From: Batkoa obscura
Lineage: Eukaryota
DNA: 64,000 nucleotides
Direction: 5' to 3'
Assembly: GCA_030770535.1 (NCBI GenBank)
Contig: JASVEC010000001.1
Coordinates: 2,356,001 to 2,420,000 of the forward strand
The notes below the pieces were generated by a model that saw only the letters and a list, made by a program, of their open reading frames with translations, was not told where the DNA came from and searched no databases. A program made the position numbers and the translations under genes. Of this stretch, positions 50,037 through 63,576 are shown piece after piece. Numbering within the stretch: the first letter of the stretch is position 1; every line of letters starts with the position of its first letter.

Positions 50037-53000
50037 TTAATTTATATCTTCATCATAGTTCTCATCCTCAACTCTAACTTTCTTAACTTGGCTTGTACTT
50101 TCTTCCTTTACTTCTTTGATTTCATCTTCATTTGCCTCCATTTTTCTCTTACTTAAATTAACCTCTTCCTCTGACTTCACCTGCTCCCCATTGCTATTAA
50201 TTTGATTTTCCTGCCCGTTATTGTTATTGATAATCTCAATTAGCCCCTTATTATTATTCAGCTCGGAGCTATTTCCTTCACTTTCCACTTCATTATTATT
50301 ACCCTCCTCATCATCCAACAATAAAGAAAATATCTCCTTAGGCTTAAGATCTGCTTTATAATCTCCACCGGCAATAACCACACGATGAATAGCATCCTTT
50401 TGTTTCGCTCTCATTAAGATACGCTCTTCAATGGTATTTTGAGTTACTAATCGATATACAGTTACTTGTTTAGTTTGTCCTAATCGATGGGCACGGTCCA
50501 TAGCTTGCTGATCTACCGTTGGATTCCAATCGGAATCATAAAATATAACTGTATCTGCAGCTGTTAAATTGATACCTAAACCACCTGCTCTAGTGGATAA
50601 TAAAAAGATAAATAAATCGGGTCGTGATTGCCAATCCGCTACTAAATCTCGACGTTCAGAGATTTTGGAAGAACCATCTAAACGTAAATAGGAATGTTGA
50701 CGATAGGTTAAAAATTCTTCCATCAAATCAATCATTTTGGTCATTTGAAAGTATAATAGAACTCGATGACCTTCAGCTTTAAGTTTGGTAAGTAATTTAT
50801 CTAAAGCCATTAATTTGCCTGAATTCATTATTAATTTAGCTGGATCTGGGATCCAAATATCCGAATAACCCACCGTATCGTTTTCTGGAAATGAAGAGGG
50901 CATTGTAATAGTTTTATTATTAAATACAGATTTAATGGGTAAACCTAATAATGAGTTTCTTGTAGCTGATTTTAAATTAAAGTGCTTTTGCTTTCGATAT
51001 TGATCCAAATCAGAGCAGCTAAGATTAGGTGATGGTGCTACTACAATTGGTTTAGCACAACTCGTTAATTTTAGACTTTGAGCATCTAAAAAGTAACTGT
51101 CTTTTAAGCTAGAATATTCTTTGAAACTATTTAAATCTTTTAATAAGGAACTTGGTGTCATTAATTCAACAGTGTTGTTTTCTGGGTCAAGGCAATCGCG
51201 TAAATACTCATTACATAAAATATTTTGATTTTTGATACTTAATTCGTACAAAGTAATCAAATCCAAACTTTGGACTCTTTCCAATTCAGTTGGTGAAAGA
51301 TTACTTAATGATAAAAAGGAGAAGCCAGTATTCATTTCCATTAATGATTCATTAATATTAGCTGCTTTCCAAATATTAAATGTATTATTAAGCAGCTTAT
51401 TCAAAGTACCATAATTACTTGATAGACTAGGTAAACCAATAATACCCCCATCTTGATAAAAAAGACGAGGAATAGAAATTGAAATATGACTTACTGGATT
51501 ATAAGCAATAGAATTAAAATCACCCACTGGTGGTGGTACTGGATAATTACAAAAAGAGAATGGAGATTTCACCTCAGCACGTTCAAAGAGTTCTGGATGA
51601 TTACATACCTTCCTAAATTGAATTACTAAATTCATCAAAGATTCAACGCTATCATTTTCTAAGGAGCTTCTAGATTTTTCTAATAATTCAGCTAAGGATA
51701 TCTTTTCTCTTAAACTAGCATAAAGTTGTCGTTGACGTGGGGTTAGTTGGCACTTAACTTCCAATTCAATCTTTTCGCCCAATTCATTTTGTACATTTTT
51801 TTTAACACGACGTAACATAAAAGGTTTAAGAATTAAATGTAACCTTCGAAGTTGATGTTGATCTAGAGCTCCATTTTTTTCTGCATGTTTTTCAATATCT
51901 TTAGAAAACCATTCACTAAATTCTTCATGTGAATCAAATAAACTAGGCATAATAAAATGTAATAAAGCCCACAACTCTTGCATTGAATTTTGAATTGGGG
52001 TACCAGTAAGAAGTAATCTGTTACGACAATGGAAGTTAAGTAGCACTTTCCATCGTGCACTAGCTGAACTTTTAATAGCTTGAGCTTCATCTAAGATCAT
52101 ATATTGCCATTTAATTCTTTGAAAATATTGTGGCTCATTTACAATTAATTGATAACTTGTAATAACTACATGAAATTCAGCATTTCTTGTATAAAGTTTA
52201 GAATTCCATTTTTGCCGTAATATTTTTCGATCTTTAGCACTTCCCCAATAAGGAACTAATTTGAATGTTGGTGCAAATCTTGTAAGTTCTTGTTCCCAAT
52301 TATGAAGTGTGGATGCAGGTGCAACAATCAAAAAGGGTCCCCAAATATTATGTGTTTCGGCAAGGTGGGCTAAAAGTGCAATTGATTGAACAGTTTTACC
52401 TAATCCCATCTCATCAGCTAAAATACCATTGATACCTTGTTCATACAAATTGGCTAACCAATTCAGTCCTTTCAATTGATATGACTTCAGCTCACATGTA
52501 AGCATCCTTGGTTGAAGAATATTGGAATCTTGTTGCATTGTTGAGGGATCTTGGAAGTTCATTTGATCATCATCTGGGATATCATCCATTCCTTCTTCCC
52601 CATCAAGACGACGTTCCTCTTGTTCCTCTTGTTCACCTTCAAGTTGACGTTTTTTAACTTCAGAATCAAACTTCTTAGTACGGTCTCTTTGCAACTTCAA
52701 AGCATGCTGTGCGCTAAGCTTAGCTTTTTCTTCAATGTCTTTATCATCGGCATCAAAGTCCATTTCTTTAAAATCAACAGCATCGCCCTCTTCTTTAAAA
52801 TCAACAGCATCGCCCTCTTCTTCATCATCATCTTTTTTATCTTTATTTTCAAGGCGCTTACTAACAAAATGGCCATAAAGTTCGGTTTGTGTGATAAGGA
52901 AATTAAGTTTTTTTTCTTGTCTTTTTGCTTCTCTAGCCTCTTCTTCTTGTCTCTGTTTCTCAAGCAATTCTCTTTCTGCCCTCTTTCTTGCTTCTCTTTC

Positions 53001-53963
53001 ATCTTTTTCATTACGTCTCCAAAAAGTAAGCATTTCTCTAGTTGCTCTGCGTGCCTTATTAGGAATCTCTCGAGTGTGCTTTAAGCGACGATAGGTGGCT
53101 TTTTTTACTTCTCTTTGGCATAAGACACCTAAATTTCTGTACATATTATATTTGGATAAGGTTGAGATACTTGCTTGACGATGTACAAGTGGAATTGTTT
53201 CACAAATCTCAGCCCAAACAGTCTTTGCTTTATTATCAAGGGTAGAGGGTACAGGTGATGGTATATTCAATCTTGGCACAGAGTTGCTCTCTAAAGTAAG
53301 CTTGATATCTACTTCAGGTTGGTATCCAGAAGTGGTTTGATCCGACTAAATTTAAAATGTTAATTCGTGAAAAAAGAAAATAAGGTAATTAGCTACCTTA
53401 TAGCGATGCATTTCGTTGGAGTGCATTTGATTTTGAGTCGCAGAAAGTGTTTGGGACGCGTAGTTTCCCCTAGTTGATGAAGTAGCTTCCTGAGCTTTAC
53501 TACCATTTTTCGAAGCTTTGGTATTTAAGTCATACAAAGGTACCTTGTATTCTGGATTATTAGAAAAGAATAGATTGTGGCGGGTACGTGCAGCTTTCTA
53601 AAATAGGTTAGTTTAGTTGTCAATCAATAAGTGCTGTATTACTATTTGTTTATTTTTATACTCCCTTTGCAACTTAAGGTGACGTTTACGGGTACTGATC
53701 ATAAAGGATACGATAGCTTGGTTGACCAATGGGTCGATGGATTCTGGAGCAAATGCTAAAGGACTTCTCCCTTGGTCACTAATGGAGGTAGCTGAAGAAG
53801 GGGGTGAGCTTCCTTGGTGAGCATTATTCTGACGGTTCCCATTGGATCTGTATTGAGTTCTTTCAGTTTGTCTTTGTGGGTCTTCACCTTCGTCTGAAGA
53901 AGTGAGCATGTCTTCGTTATGTGTATACGAGATAGGCGGTTGACGTTGGCGACTGGATGCCAT
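50037..53963 (-). CDS. INO80: INO80 chromatin-remodelling ATPase (short 5' exons plus one long exon)
   Basis: DBINO region KKLNFLITQTELYGHF; LYEQGINGILADEMGLGKTVQ; DEAQAIK; split ATPase; QAMDRAHRLGQ. ATG at 53963 inferred. Confidence 0.96.
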
Positions 53964-55460
53964 AGTTGTAAAAATAAAGGGTAATGGATCGAAGTTGGGG
54001 AAATAAGTCACCTTAACAGGCTTATTTTTATTGGCTGTTTTTGCTGTTGTGCTGTTTTTGAATGGTTACATAAATTATCAGGTTGTTTGAGGCTATAAGC
54101 GATGGTACTAAGTAAGAGCCAATGATATTGGTTGACAAAGTAGGGAGAGTTGATTTTTAGCTTAAAGTAGATGGGGAATGATTTAGTAGTAAATTGAATT
54201 TGTTTAGTTCATTATATTTTGAAGTAGGGCATATATTGTATTGTTATGTTATATATCATTAGCTTTTTATAGTATTAGTTTATATTATAAAATAAAATAT
54301 CATTATAAAAAATGATTAAAGATTAAAGCAGTCATTTTGTTATAATATACTTGACTAAAACTAAATAAATGAATCAAATTAGCTCAAATTGATTTTAGCA
54401 TTTTGTACAAAATTGAAAAAAATATTTAAACATAAATTTTCTTCATTAGATCATTTAAACTATTTAAACAGCTAGTAAAAGCCACAATAGTGTTACTTAA
54501 AATTTAAAATGTATCATAGTACCTTTAGTTTAAACTTTAAGCTATTATTTTCATTTTAAAATAATACATATAACTAAAGTCATACGAAATCTTATTTAAT
54601 ATAATAATCATTTATAAATGATTTCTATTTAAGTTTATTTCGTTAAATAAATTTTACTATCTTCATTATCAATAATTTTAATAGGGTTTTTAAATATATC
54701 TTTAAAACAGCTCATTTAATAAGCAAAAAAGCTTTGTTTTTCAGTTCTGTGAGTTTTCTATATGGCATACCACTTTATTTTATTACCCTTTATAACTATA
54801 TTAATTCTAAAATAAATTAATAAAAATATAAATTTTAGGTTTATTCTTTAAAAGTTAAATATAACGATTAATAACAAAGATATAAGCTTTTTGGGTAATA
54901 TGACCTATTTCTATTATTATTGATAGTATGTATAAATCCTTTTTAACTAATTAAAGCCTAGTTTATTTTGTAGACTTTTATAAAATTTTATCTCACAATT
55001 TAATAATTTAATGTAATTGTATAATGTTGTGAATAACAATGAATATTTGTGCGACTAAAGCTAATGAAAGTTTTATTTTTACAATGGTGTTATGATAAAA
55101 AATGTATAATAAAGTTAAAATAAAATAGTACTATAGTTTGAGTTTTTAGAATAAATTATATTAAGCTACTTTGATATTTTAAGTAACAGACTATTCTTAA
55201 ATAAAATCATTACGATTTCTATCAATATTTCATAGCTAAATTAAATTCTCAGTCATTTTTTTTGAAATTAATTCATTTATTATCCTAAAAACTAAGCTTG
55301 ATTTTTAGGATGATGTCAAATTTGCAAAAAGTGCACTTCATTTGTAAAACAATTCTCAGCCAAAGAACCTTTAGTTATAAATTTGCAAATGAATGTTTAG
55401 AATAATCAATTATAATACCAAAAAAAGAAAGGATTAAACTAGATTATTACTTCTCTTAAA

Positions 55461-58400
55461 ATGAGCAATAATAACAATAACAAAAAAGATAAAGGTAGCT
55501 GACACATTTGATACGATGTTATATGAAGTTAATAAGTTATTTTAAGGTAACAAAAATCCTAACGATAAATTAAACTCTGGAAGAGAACCTAACAAAAACA
55601 ATAATCCCAATTTCACAAAACCAGACGATAGATTTATATTTGATTTAAAACTTCACCCTGGTGGTTCCCAAGGAAATTCACATCAAACAGTTGATGATAA
55701 TCCATTAACAGTATCTTCAAATTTAATTGAAACAATGGTTCAACTAGGTTACATTGACGACCCTAAAACTTATCGTAAAGACGTAGATAATTTATCCATA
55801 CGCTCAGTCCCTAGTAAGCCATCAAAGAAATTGAACTTGTTTAACTTTAAAAGGAAAAAGGATAAGCATGAAGGTTACACCAATCTATCTACTTAATTAT
55901 AATTTCTAACATTTTATTTTTAGAAGAAAAAATTATTGAAAAAAATGATAGATTTAATGGTGTAGAAATTTCAAATTATAACGTAATTAGTTTCTATTTA
56001 TTTTAAACTGTATAAATTACATTATTAGAGTTATGATGGAATGTTCGGTATTGATCGTAATATTTAATAAGCATGTATTTTATATATATTAACTTGAAAC
56101 ATAGTTTCATTAAATTTACAAGACATGGAAGGAATAGTAGATAAATCAGCTTCAAAGGCTTCATCTTTTGTTGATAATGCTTCAGAAAATTCAAAAAGTG
56201 ATACATGTAATCCATCTTCAATTTCAAGCTTGCCAACAAATGGTTGGAAACCCCCGGAATCTTGGAATTTCAAAAGAAAACCATCAATTTCAGTTGCAGA
56301 AGATGAAGAATTAGAACGACAACTATTGCTGAATCCAGAGCAAGCAGTAATATTATAAATATATATAAAGAAAGTGTATAATAATATTTATATAGTATTG
56401 TATAAGAATTTTCAGGAAAAATGAAACATTTGTTACACTTACTTGTAAATTGAATGATCGTACTGAAGATATTTGTCAATTTTTGGCCAAAAAATTCAAG
56501 ATACAAGATCCTTCCGCTTACGAATTATTTATTCATAAATTCGGGAAAGGTAAGTGGGTATATCAAAATAATAGATTAATCTAATTTAAATAGGTGAACG
56601 TATGCTTTATCCTTTGGAAAAGCCTGTAAAGATATTATCTAAGTTATTAATTGATGCGGGGTATTTTGTTGATGAGATTACAGATATGGTTCGTGAAGAC
56701 AACAGTTATTTGTGTAGATTTATTTATCGAGAAGTAATTTTGAATTCGACAACATCGGTATGGTTTAAGTATTATTTGCAAAAGTGTTACTAATATTCTT
56801 AAATAGTTATCGGAATCAAATTCAATAAAAAATGAAAACGAAGAAATAATAATTAGGAAACAAAACCTTGAAACAGTACCCGTTTATTTATACAAGAATG
56901 CAGAGCGTATTAAGTCTATGGAACTTTCTTTAAATCTGCTTTTAGATTTTCCGCTGGATTTTGCACAATTGTGTATATCTTTAACAAAACTAAGATTGAG
57001 CCAAAATGAATATGAAAAGATTCCTGATAGTTTACATAATATTAAAGGGCTAAAGTCTTTGGATTTATCAAATAATAAAATAACAAAATTAGATTCTGGC
57101 CAATTGCATCTACTCCCGGATTTAGATAGATTGATTTTCTGTAATAACCAAATCTCGATAATACCAGATGACTATTCAATGTTAACTAAATTAACAGTAC
57201 TTGATTTATCAAACAATTGTTTAGAATCATTCCCACTGCCAATCTGCCATTTATATATGCTTAAATACCTCAATTTGTCTTTCAACAATATAAAAAGCAT
57301 TCCTTCTTTATTTGGAGAGCTTTCTTTCTTACAAAGCCTTTTACTAATAAATAATGAGCTTTCTGGGAAACTTCCGGAATGTTTCGGAAGCTTGTCTAGT
57401 TTAATTAATCTTGATATAAGAAAGAATAAAATAACCGATATAAGTGTTCTATCGGAACTTACCCAATTAGAAAGTTTAAAGTGTGATCAGAATTCCATTG
57501 AAACATTTGTTTATAGAAGTAATGATTTGATGTCACTATCCATTAAGGAAAATCCACTATCAAAATTCCATTGTCTATCATTTGCTCAAATAGTTATATT
57601 GAATTTAAGTCATTGTAATTTGAAAGATTTACCCTCAAATTTCTTTAATGGTATGGATACTTTGACAGAAGTTAATCTTAGTAACAATAAGATCTCAAAG
57701 ATTCCGAAAGATGATCTTCTTAAGTTGGTTAGATTGGAAGTATTTTTATGTACAAATAATCGCTTAGAGTTTTTACCTGATGAATTATTTGCATTACCAA
57801 GGTTACTTCAAATAGATGTACATAATAACAATATAAGGAAGCTTCCTCCAGGAATTTGGTTTTCGCCCTCATTATATTATTTTAATGCTAGTACAAATAT
57901 GTTAGCAGAGTTTCCAGCTAGACCTCAAACTGTATCGAATGTTTCTGGGAGTAACCAAGGCTCTAACAAATCTAGGCTTTCTTTATTAACCTTAACTCAA
58001 AAGTTGAGACATCTCATTTTGGCAGATAATAGGCTAACTGATTATGTTTTTTCTCCTATATCTCTTCTTCAACATCTTCAAATTTTAAATCTTAGTTGCA
58101 ATGATATATCTGAAGTCCCACCAGGAGGACTATATCATCTAACTAGTCTAACTGAACTTTATCTTTCTGGTAATACTATAACTAGTTTTCCAGCTGAAGA
58201 AATAGAACGTTTGAGACATTTGAAAATCTTCTATTTAAATTCAAATAAACTCTCAAGTTTACCAGCAGAGCTCCGTAAGTTAGGTAAACTTGTAGTACTT
58301 GATGTAGGTAATAACCAACTTAAGTATAACATTTCAAACTGGAATTATGACTGGAATTGGAACTATAATAAGGACCTTAAATATTTAAATTTATCTGGAA

Positions 58401-60920
58401 ACAAAAGATTAAAAATAACAAATGCAAGTCTCATTACTAGCGGCAACAAAAATAGTCCATTAGTTGATTTTAATGAATTGACAAATTTGAAGGTCCTTGG
58501 GTTAATTGATATCGATGTTATGGCTACAAAACTAGATCAATCTCAAAATAGGCGAATTAGGACTTATGAATCTGTAATAAATCAAGTTGGTATTGGGATT
58601 GCAGACCGTTTAGATAGAGGGGAAATACTTTGTTCATGGGATTTGATTGTGCCCAATTTCATGGAAAAAGAAGATGAATCTCTTTTCGGAATATTTGATA
58701 TTTTGCCAAATTATAATGGAGAGTCAAGGAAGCTTGGAAAATATCTATCTGATTGGCTAACTTTTCACCTAACTTCTGAACTCCGTAAAGTAGAAAAGAG
58801 CTCAGTAAAAGACCCTATATTACGTGCTTTAAGGTGCACGTTTTTAGTACTACAAAGAGAGATTGTTTCGACCTTTGGGGAAGAAATGAAAGAATGTGCA
58901 TCGGCTTTGATTGTCTATAGGAAAGGAGAGACAATCTATTATGCTCATATAGGGGATGTTGTCATGGTGCTTTCTAGGAAGGGAGAAAAGGGCCGTGTGC
59001 TTACTACTCCACATATGCCTGCTCAAAAAGATTGTAAGGATGAAATTAAAAGAGTCAGAAACACTGGAGGCTATATAAGTAGTGAATATAGAGTTAATGG
59101 GGAGACCAGGTTATCTCGTTGTCTTGGATTATTCCACCAACTTCCAACAATAAATGCAAGCCCTTCTTTAGGCTCCTTGCAACTTACGGGCCAAGATGAG
59201 TATCTGATTTTGGCAAATAGAGGTATATGGGACGTTATATCCTACCAAACTGGCGTTGAAATTGCACGTACTGAATTGGAAGACCCTATGATAGCAGCTC
59301 AAAAACTTCGTGACCTTGCTATATCTTATGGCTCTGAGGGTTCTATAATGGCCATGGTGGTTTCTATGGGAGATCTATTTAATAACAGTCTCCAAATACA
59401 GAGACGTAAAACAAAGTCGCGCCCCAAATATAACTCTGATATTTATAGGAGGACAGTATCTGGATCAGAATCAGGTGACTTTAGATATCTTACTCAATTT
59501 GGAAATTGGAAAAAGATGAGGAACCTTGATAATACACCAAAAGCAAAATCAAGTCAAGCGCAGGCCCCAACTGGGATGATCGTAATTTGTTTTACAAGTA
59601 TTAAAAACTCAAAATATCTTTGGGAAAATCATCAAGATGCTATGCAGAAGGCAAGTATTACTCATATCAATGTTTTAAGAAGAGTTTTAGAAGAAGTCAA
59701 TGGATATGAAGTTAAAGATGAAGGGGATAGCTTTATGGCATCTTTTTCCACTGTTGCTTCTGCTGTTCTCTGGAGCTGTCTTGTTCAACTTCGACTTTTA
59801 GATGCAGTTTGGCCTGAAGAAATCCTTGCACTTCCAGATGGCAAAGAGATTTATGATTCGGAGTTGGAAAATCAGGTATTATATCGTGGGTTATCTATAA
59901 GAATGGGAATGCATTATGGAGCTCCCGAATGTGAAAGGGATCCCTTTACTGGAAGAATGGATTATTTTGGACCAATGGTTAATAAATCTGCTCGGGTTTC
60001 TGGAGAAGCTAGTTGGGGTGAAATTTGTGTATCCTCAGATATTCTTTCTGAGTTAAAATTAATTGAAGGGTTGCTTGATAGCTATGGTGACGCTAGTGAA
60101 TTTTCAGTAGTATCGCAAGAGCTCTCAGCTAGTTCAAATAGAGATAAGGCTAAAGGTTTTCAAACAACAGACATTATCAATCTAAAACAACTTGAACCAA
60201 GAGTAGTTGAACTTGGAGAAAGGAAACTAAAGGGTATGGAACAGCCAGAGCCTTTATATCTCGTAAGTCATTCAATTTTTAAAAATAAATAAATTAATCT
60301 ATTTAGATTTTCCCAAAAATGCTATTGGGAAGAACAAATCCAGATCGTTATACTCAATCTTTGTTGCCTTTACCTTCTTTGAATATTATACCACCAGGAG
60401 AAATATATGGACAAGTATGTTTTATTTTTATGTTTATTTATTAGTTAATTTAATTCTATCAGGAGCCTACACTAATGGAATTAGTAAGAACCTTAGGTCA
60501 ACTTTGTATTAGAATAGAAACAGCAGTACATTTTATTACTACTCAGGATTCAATAGAATTCAATAAAAGAGAGCAAGATAAGCTTGAGTTTTTACTTTCC
60601 CAAGTTACAAGTACGATTTCAGATACAATCACATCCCAAGAATTATTTAAAACTATCGATTCACTATGTACTAGAATTGAGGTAATTAAGACAATAGCCG
60701 TTAAATTAAACTCTATTAAATTTACTATTAGAATTGCTGTACTACCTTAGCTGTACATGATGATGATTCTTCGATTAGTGAAGTAATGGATGCGATTCAA
60801 GCTTACTTAGCATTGACAAGCTCAACAGTATCAAAGGGCAACAATTCAACAGATACAAAAAGCATGATAGAGGGCTTACTTTCCAGTTCAATATTTGACA
60901 GTTTAGATGCAACTTTTTAA
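55461..60920 (+). CDS. CYR1: Fungal adenylate cyclase (G-alpha-binding, RA, LRR, PP2C-like, class III cyclase), multi-exon
   Basis: DMEGIVD, WKPPESW, RA-like exons, LRRs, NWNYDWNWNYN, PP2C-like region, GYEVK.EGD, RMDYFGPMVNKSARV, TRIE|N. Start and last exon inferred from splice sites. Confidence 0.93.
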
Positions 60921-61269
60921 GTATTGATTTGAATTACTAGATATTGAAGCCAAGTAAGAAGATAGATAAATATAAAGATTGATTGTATATCAACTTATTA
61001 AGTCATGTTCAACTATTTATTAATTAATAGCTTCCTCAATTACTAAACTAATTCTTTGTTTCACATTAACTATTTAACTAATATAATACGATTATCTTTT
61101 TAGAATACATGCTTTGTTTTTATAATTTTAAAGTTTAATTTATTTATGGCATTATTTCATTATAAAATGATTCAATATAATTATTTTAAAAAATGCATTT
61201 TATTATTCAAAATAAAATGTTTGATTTGTGATCTTTAGTTCTAAAGTGTCTTTTATAAGCTATTCCAAT

Positions 61270-61964
61270 ATGGAAGAGCAAGAAAATAACTCAAATAATC
61301 AAGACTATGAAGTAAGATTAAATAAACAAAGAGTATTTTTTAAAGATAAACAAATATAGCTTGTTTGTAAAAAAAAAGACGGAAAACGTCGTGTCATTAG
61401 TCGCAATGGTTCCTTTATTGCTTTTTTATCTATAAAAAAGTAACTTTATCCTACATATAAATAATTCTAATAATCTTATTAAAGAGATGCCTTTATGAAA
61501 CAAAACAGTGGAATGAACTATCGAGAAATGCAAAAAAGAGTCTCGCAAATGTGGGCACATTTACCTTCTGAAGAAAGAAAAGTAAGCCTACTTAAATTCT
61601 GTTTAGAAGATATAATTAATTTAATAGAAATATAAAATAATTTATAAAGACAATGCTAATAATTGTGAAGTCAAAGATAGTTTGGCTAAAGATTTAGTTA
61701 CAAAATCAAATAATAAAACAGAGTCAAAAAGTGAATTATCAAAAAAGAAAGCAAAAAAATCAAAGCAAAAAAACGAAAGTAAAAAACGAAATGGATCAAA
61801 CGAAGATGTAACAATTAATTATTAATTATTGTTTGTTAAACTTACATAACTAGTATGATATCGAAGAAGATTTCTCAAAAGGGGACGTTCGAATTAGTGA
61901 TAGATTAAGTTACTTAAAAATAGTATTTATAATTTATAAAAGCAAAACTAAAAAAGTTTACTAG
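61270..61964 (+). CDS. Small HMG-box protein, multi-exon (absent from the ORF track); 3' end approximate
   Basis: Manual splicing gives SRNGSFIAFLSIKRDAFMKQNSGMNYREMQKRVSQMWAHLPSEERKKYK followed by a Lys-rich tail. Confidence 0.78.
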
Positions 61965-62123
61965 AGAAAACTATTAGAATCCTACCTTGATTATTAACAA
62001 TAAGTAAAAGTATTAATATAATTTACAAAATAAATGCATTTTAAATTATAAATGGCTATTTTACAACAATCTAATTTTAAATTTCGAAATAAACTGTGCT
62101 AACTTGTTTATATATTACTTAAT

Positions 62124-63329
62124 CTATTCTTTTATAGGTTTTTGAAATTTAGCCTGTAACCATACTCTATACATTTTTAGTTGACGATGTCGATTTACAA
62201 TCAATCTACGATCCACTTCATTTTTTAACACATTAAACTTTTTCCCGAAGATATCCGCCAATTGTTCTATTTAACTTTATAAACTACTTTATACATAAAA
62301 ACATTAAATGAATCCTTACCTTGTGTGAAAAAATAAACCTGAGTTCCATCTCCTCTCACATAAAAATTTTCTTCTAAATATCTTCTTTTTTTAAATCTCA
62401 ACTGCGCCATATCATATTGGCCATAATCTCTAAACAACACAATGCCCCCTGGCTTCAATAATTCATACAAATTTTTAATTACTTGATCCCATTTAGCAGG
62501 CTTAATAGCAGAAAATGAAAATATTAAAGTGATAATATCTACCGATCCAGGTGTCACCTCTGAAGGTAACTCTAAACTCGTCATATCCCATACAAACGCT
62601 TTTTGACGGTTTTCATCAAATTTTTTATTCGACTAATTCTTTTAATATTTAATTGATTATAAAATTAAGAATTTTTTACTTTAACTAAATCAACAGCTAC
62701 TTTAGAAAAATCACAAGCCAAAACTCTTAAATTAGAGCTAGGGTTTGATTCAAGCAATGGGTAAGCAGTGGCTCCTGTACCACAGCCTATTTCCATTACA
62801 GTAAAAACATTTTTTAATTCTAAAATGGGATGGGTTGAAACTGTATCTTCTGCTTTTGGGAATAATTCTGGGAATTCCATTTGTAACCAGTTCCTATTCT
62901 TAAAAAATTTGTTTTCATTCATCGAATAAAATTGGTCCCAATAATTGACAGCTTCTTCGTCGTATTTTTCTACAATATTAAGATAGTTTTTAATATTACA
63001 ATTATCTGGCTATTCAAATTTACCTTTTAATCCTTCTTCAACTTTATTTTCTGATTGAGTTTTAATGATTTCTTTAGCTCTAGTTATGTCTTCTTCATCA
63101 AGTTCAACATCATCCCTGTAATTCTTTTAGTACTCTAAACTATTCACTACGTAATACAACTTACCAAGCATTATGCTCAAAAACTCTATCCGGATCATTT
63201 AAAGTACGAGTACGAAACTTTTTAGTTTCTTGATTAACTTCTATTTAAATTCTATTAATTTAATATTCTAAATTGAAAAAGACTTTTATACTGTTAGGTT
63301 CAATTTTACTTACCATTATTGTCTGACAT
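62124..63329 (-). CDS. tRNA m3C methyltransferase (Trm140/METTL2-like), multi-exon
   Basis: FEHNAWDDVE; FFKNRNWLQMEFPEL; MEIGCGTG; ACDFS; LKPGGIVLFRDYGQYDMAQLRF; FYVRGDGT; MYRVWLQAKF. Confidence 0.93.
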
Positions 63330-63490
63330 AATAAAACCAGGTAATAGCTTTTATATTTTAGAAACTTAAAAATATATAAAAGAACAGTTCAATCTTCCTA
63401 TCATTCACATACTACTAAATTAAGTAATTTATATAATAAACTGAAGTCTATTTTGAATAAAATTCAGAAAGCTAATTTTATTATTTGTAT

Positions 63491-63576
63491 GGGAGTGTTT
63501 TTTTGATTTCATTATTTTTTCCATTTTTTAAGCACTATTTAAGCAGAAAAATTGTTAGACACAAAAATACATCCCC
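63491..63576 (-). mobile_element. MITE family 1 copy (small internal deletion)
   Basis: GTAT-GGGAGTGT...ATACATCCCC-ATAT. Confidence 0.88.

Noticed and set aside
51232..56506. Small ORFs overlapping INO80 and the cyclase 5' exons on other frames or strands
   Set aside because: Explained by the overlapping conserved genes; only 56125-56358 (+) belongs to the cyclase and 53352-54011 (-) to INO80.
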